The position numbers and the translations under genes were made by a program. From Lingula anatina (Eukaryota; Animalia; Brachiopoda), in assembly GCA_051362555.1 (NCBI GenBank), contig CM120649.1, positions 558,001-622,000 of the forward strand: a DNA stretch of 64,000 nucleotides, given 5' to 3'. The notes below the pieces were generated by a model that saw nothing but the letters and a program-made list of their open reading frames with translations, made no database searches and was not told where the DNA came from. Shown here in pieces: positions 62,481 to 64,000 of the stretch. Each line of letters begins with the position of its first letter. Position 1 is the first letter of the stretch.

Positions 62481-64000
62481 AAGTAAAGTCAGTAATGATA
62501 TAAAATTATCATCAGGTTAAGATGAGGGTCCATCAACCTTCTTGCTTGTTTTGACCATTTGTGAATGGATAGAAGCAGTTAATACTGTCAAATGCATGTC
62601 AGATTGTGAAGTCCTGAACAGTTAAGTGATAGGATAATGCCGTTTCTATATAAATATATTATTACGTATGTTTATGGAAACATGATGAGATTATACAGGT
62701 TTGTAGACAGCAATTTCAGGAATGGGGTTGTTTTTTTTTCTGAAAAAGTGGACTGCTTTACCGTGTTAGCTGTCCTACACAGAGAATAGTTGTAAACCTT
62801 ATTTTGATTAAAAGGGAAACTTAATCAGTCAAAAGGGCAATTCTTAAAAAAACCTCCCTCTCTGTCTGTCTGCAGGCCTGTGATATGTCGACTGTAAAAA
62901 AAAGCATAATAATTCAACCAACTAAGGGCCATATACTGCCTGCTTGCAGAAGGCAGACAGAAATTAGGCATATCTTTCAAGAGACATCAAAAGATCTTTA
63001 GAGGACCGTATTATGCTTGTTGAACCTCAAACAAAGATTTCCTGTAGTAAAAAGCTGGCTTGACCCAGCACCTGCCTTATTTTAAGGAGTTGATTTCATA
63101 GTTGGTTATGGTTGACTTAACACAGTAGTATGAACTCTATTTAGGTGTTGCAGTTTGGAAATTGAATTTGTTGAAAAACTTATTCCAGTTCATATTTGTT
63201 GAAATAATAACCTTGGTCAAATGTAGGACTGAAAGCTGTATGGTAAAGCTGTGTTGCAGAATCCAGTCAGAATAATTAATGATCACGAAAAAGAAATTCT
63301 AACCAATTCTTGAAATAATTGTTAGTAATGGGACATTTCTTTCCTTTGAATAATGTCATTTTGTTTTTGTTTTGTTGCCCTTATGGTTCTCCTCCAATAT
63401 GAGGGATGTCTTTTTCTTTGCGAGTAGTGATATTCAATAACTCAAGAAATTTTCTTAGCGAGGGGCGTCTTTATTCTGGAAACCAGCTGTTCAGTGAGAT
63501 CTAAGTCTGCTTGCTTTCAGGAGTGAATATCTTTCTATAGGGAATCACCTTTAGTATCATGTATATAAGAAGTGTTCTAAGGGTTACTTATAAGGAGAAA
63601 GATTCTATAATTTCGTGTTAACAACTCCATGGCACTGCATACCCATGAAAGAAACCACATATAAATCCATAAATCACACATACTTTTAGTATAGCTACTT
63701 ATAAGTATCAGGAATCAACTGCTCACTATCAGAGGCAAAACGCAACACCAGTGCTTGGTCAGACCTGCTGCTGCTGCTGCTTGCTGGGGGGCTGGTGGTG
63801 CTGGTGGTGCTGGTGGTGGTATTTGTACTTCAGGTATTTTCAGGCTTTCCTGGTTTTCCCTGTTGGTTGCTCTGGGAGATACTCTCTTGCTCATGGTAGA
63901 TTATTTTGCCCTTGTGGTTACTCTACCAGTATCAGGAATCAACTGCTCACTATCAGAGACAAGACAAAACTCCAGAGCTTGGTCAGGATCTACAGGTTTA

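Overview
AT-rich, intron-rich animal genomic DNA, most likely a lophotrochozoan such as a mollusc (inferred from gene families and repeat types). Most ORF-track entries are spurious or exon fragments. Reading splice sites by hand gives six genes. (1) A two-coding-exon, divergent cystine-knot protein resembling glycoprotein hormone alpha-2 (+, 4990-8949). (2-4) Three tandem minus-strand MFS transporters of the oxalate:formate antiporter-like type with shared exon structure (16086-27927, 31266-38209, 39791-49147). (5) eIF4E2/4EHP (-, 51640-56416), head-to-head across 308 bp with (6) MED4 (+, 56725-62480). Introns and spacers carry many MITEs and a 2.5-kb CMC/EnSpm-type non-autonomous element. 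Two observations stand out. One is a complete 323-bp miniature LTR retroelement whose two identical LTRs each contain a tRNA-Thr-like sequence, with a tRNA-Leu PBS, PPT and 4-bp TSD. The other is six independent tandem duplications spanning exon/intron junctions in three adjacent genes, whose copy-to-copy differences fall mostly on third codon positions.
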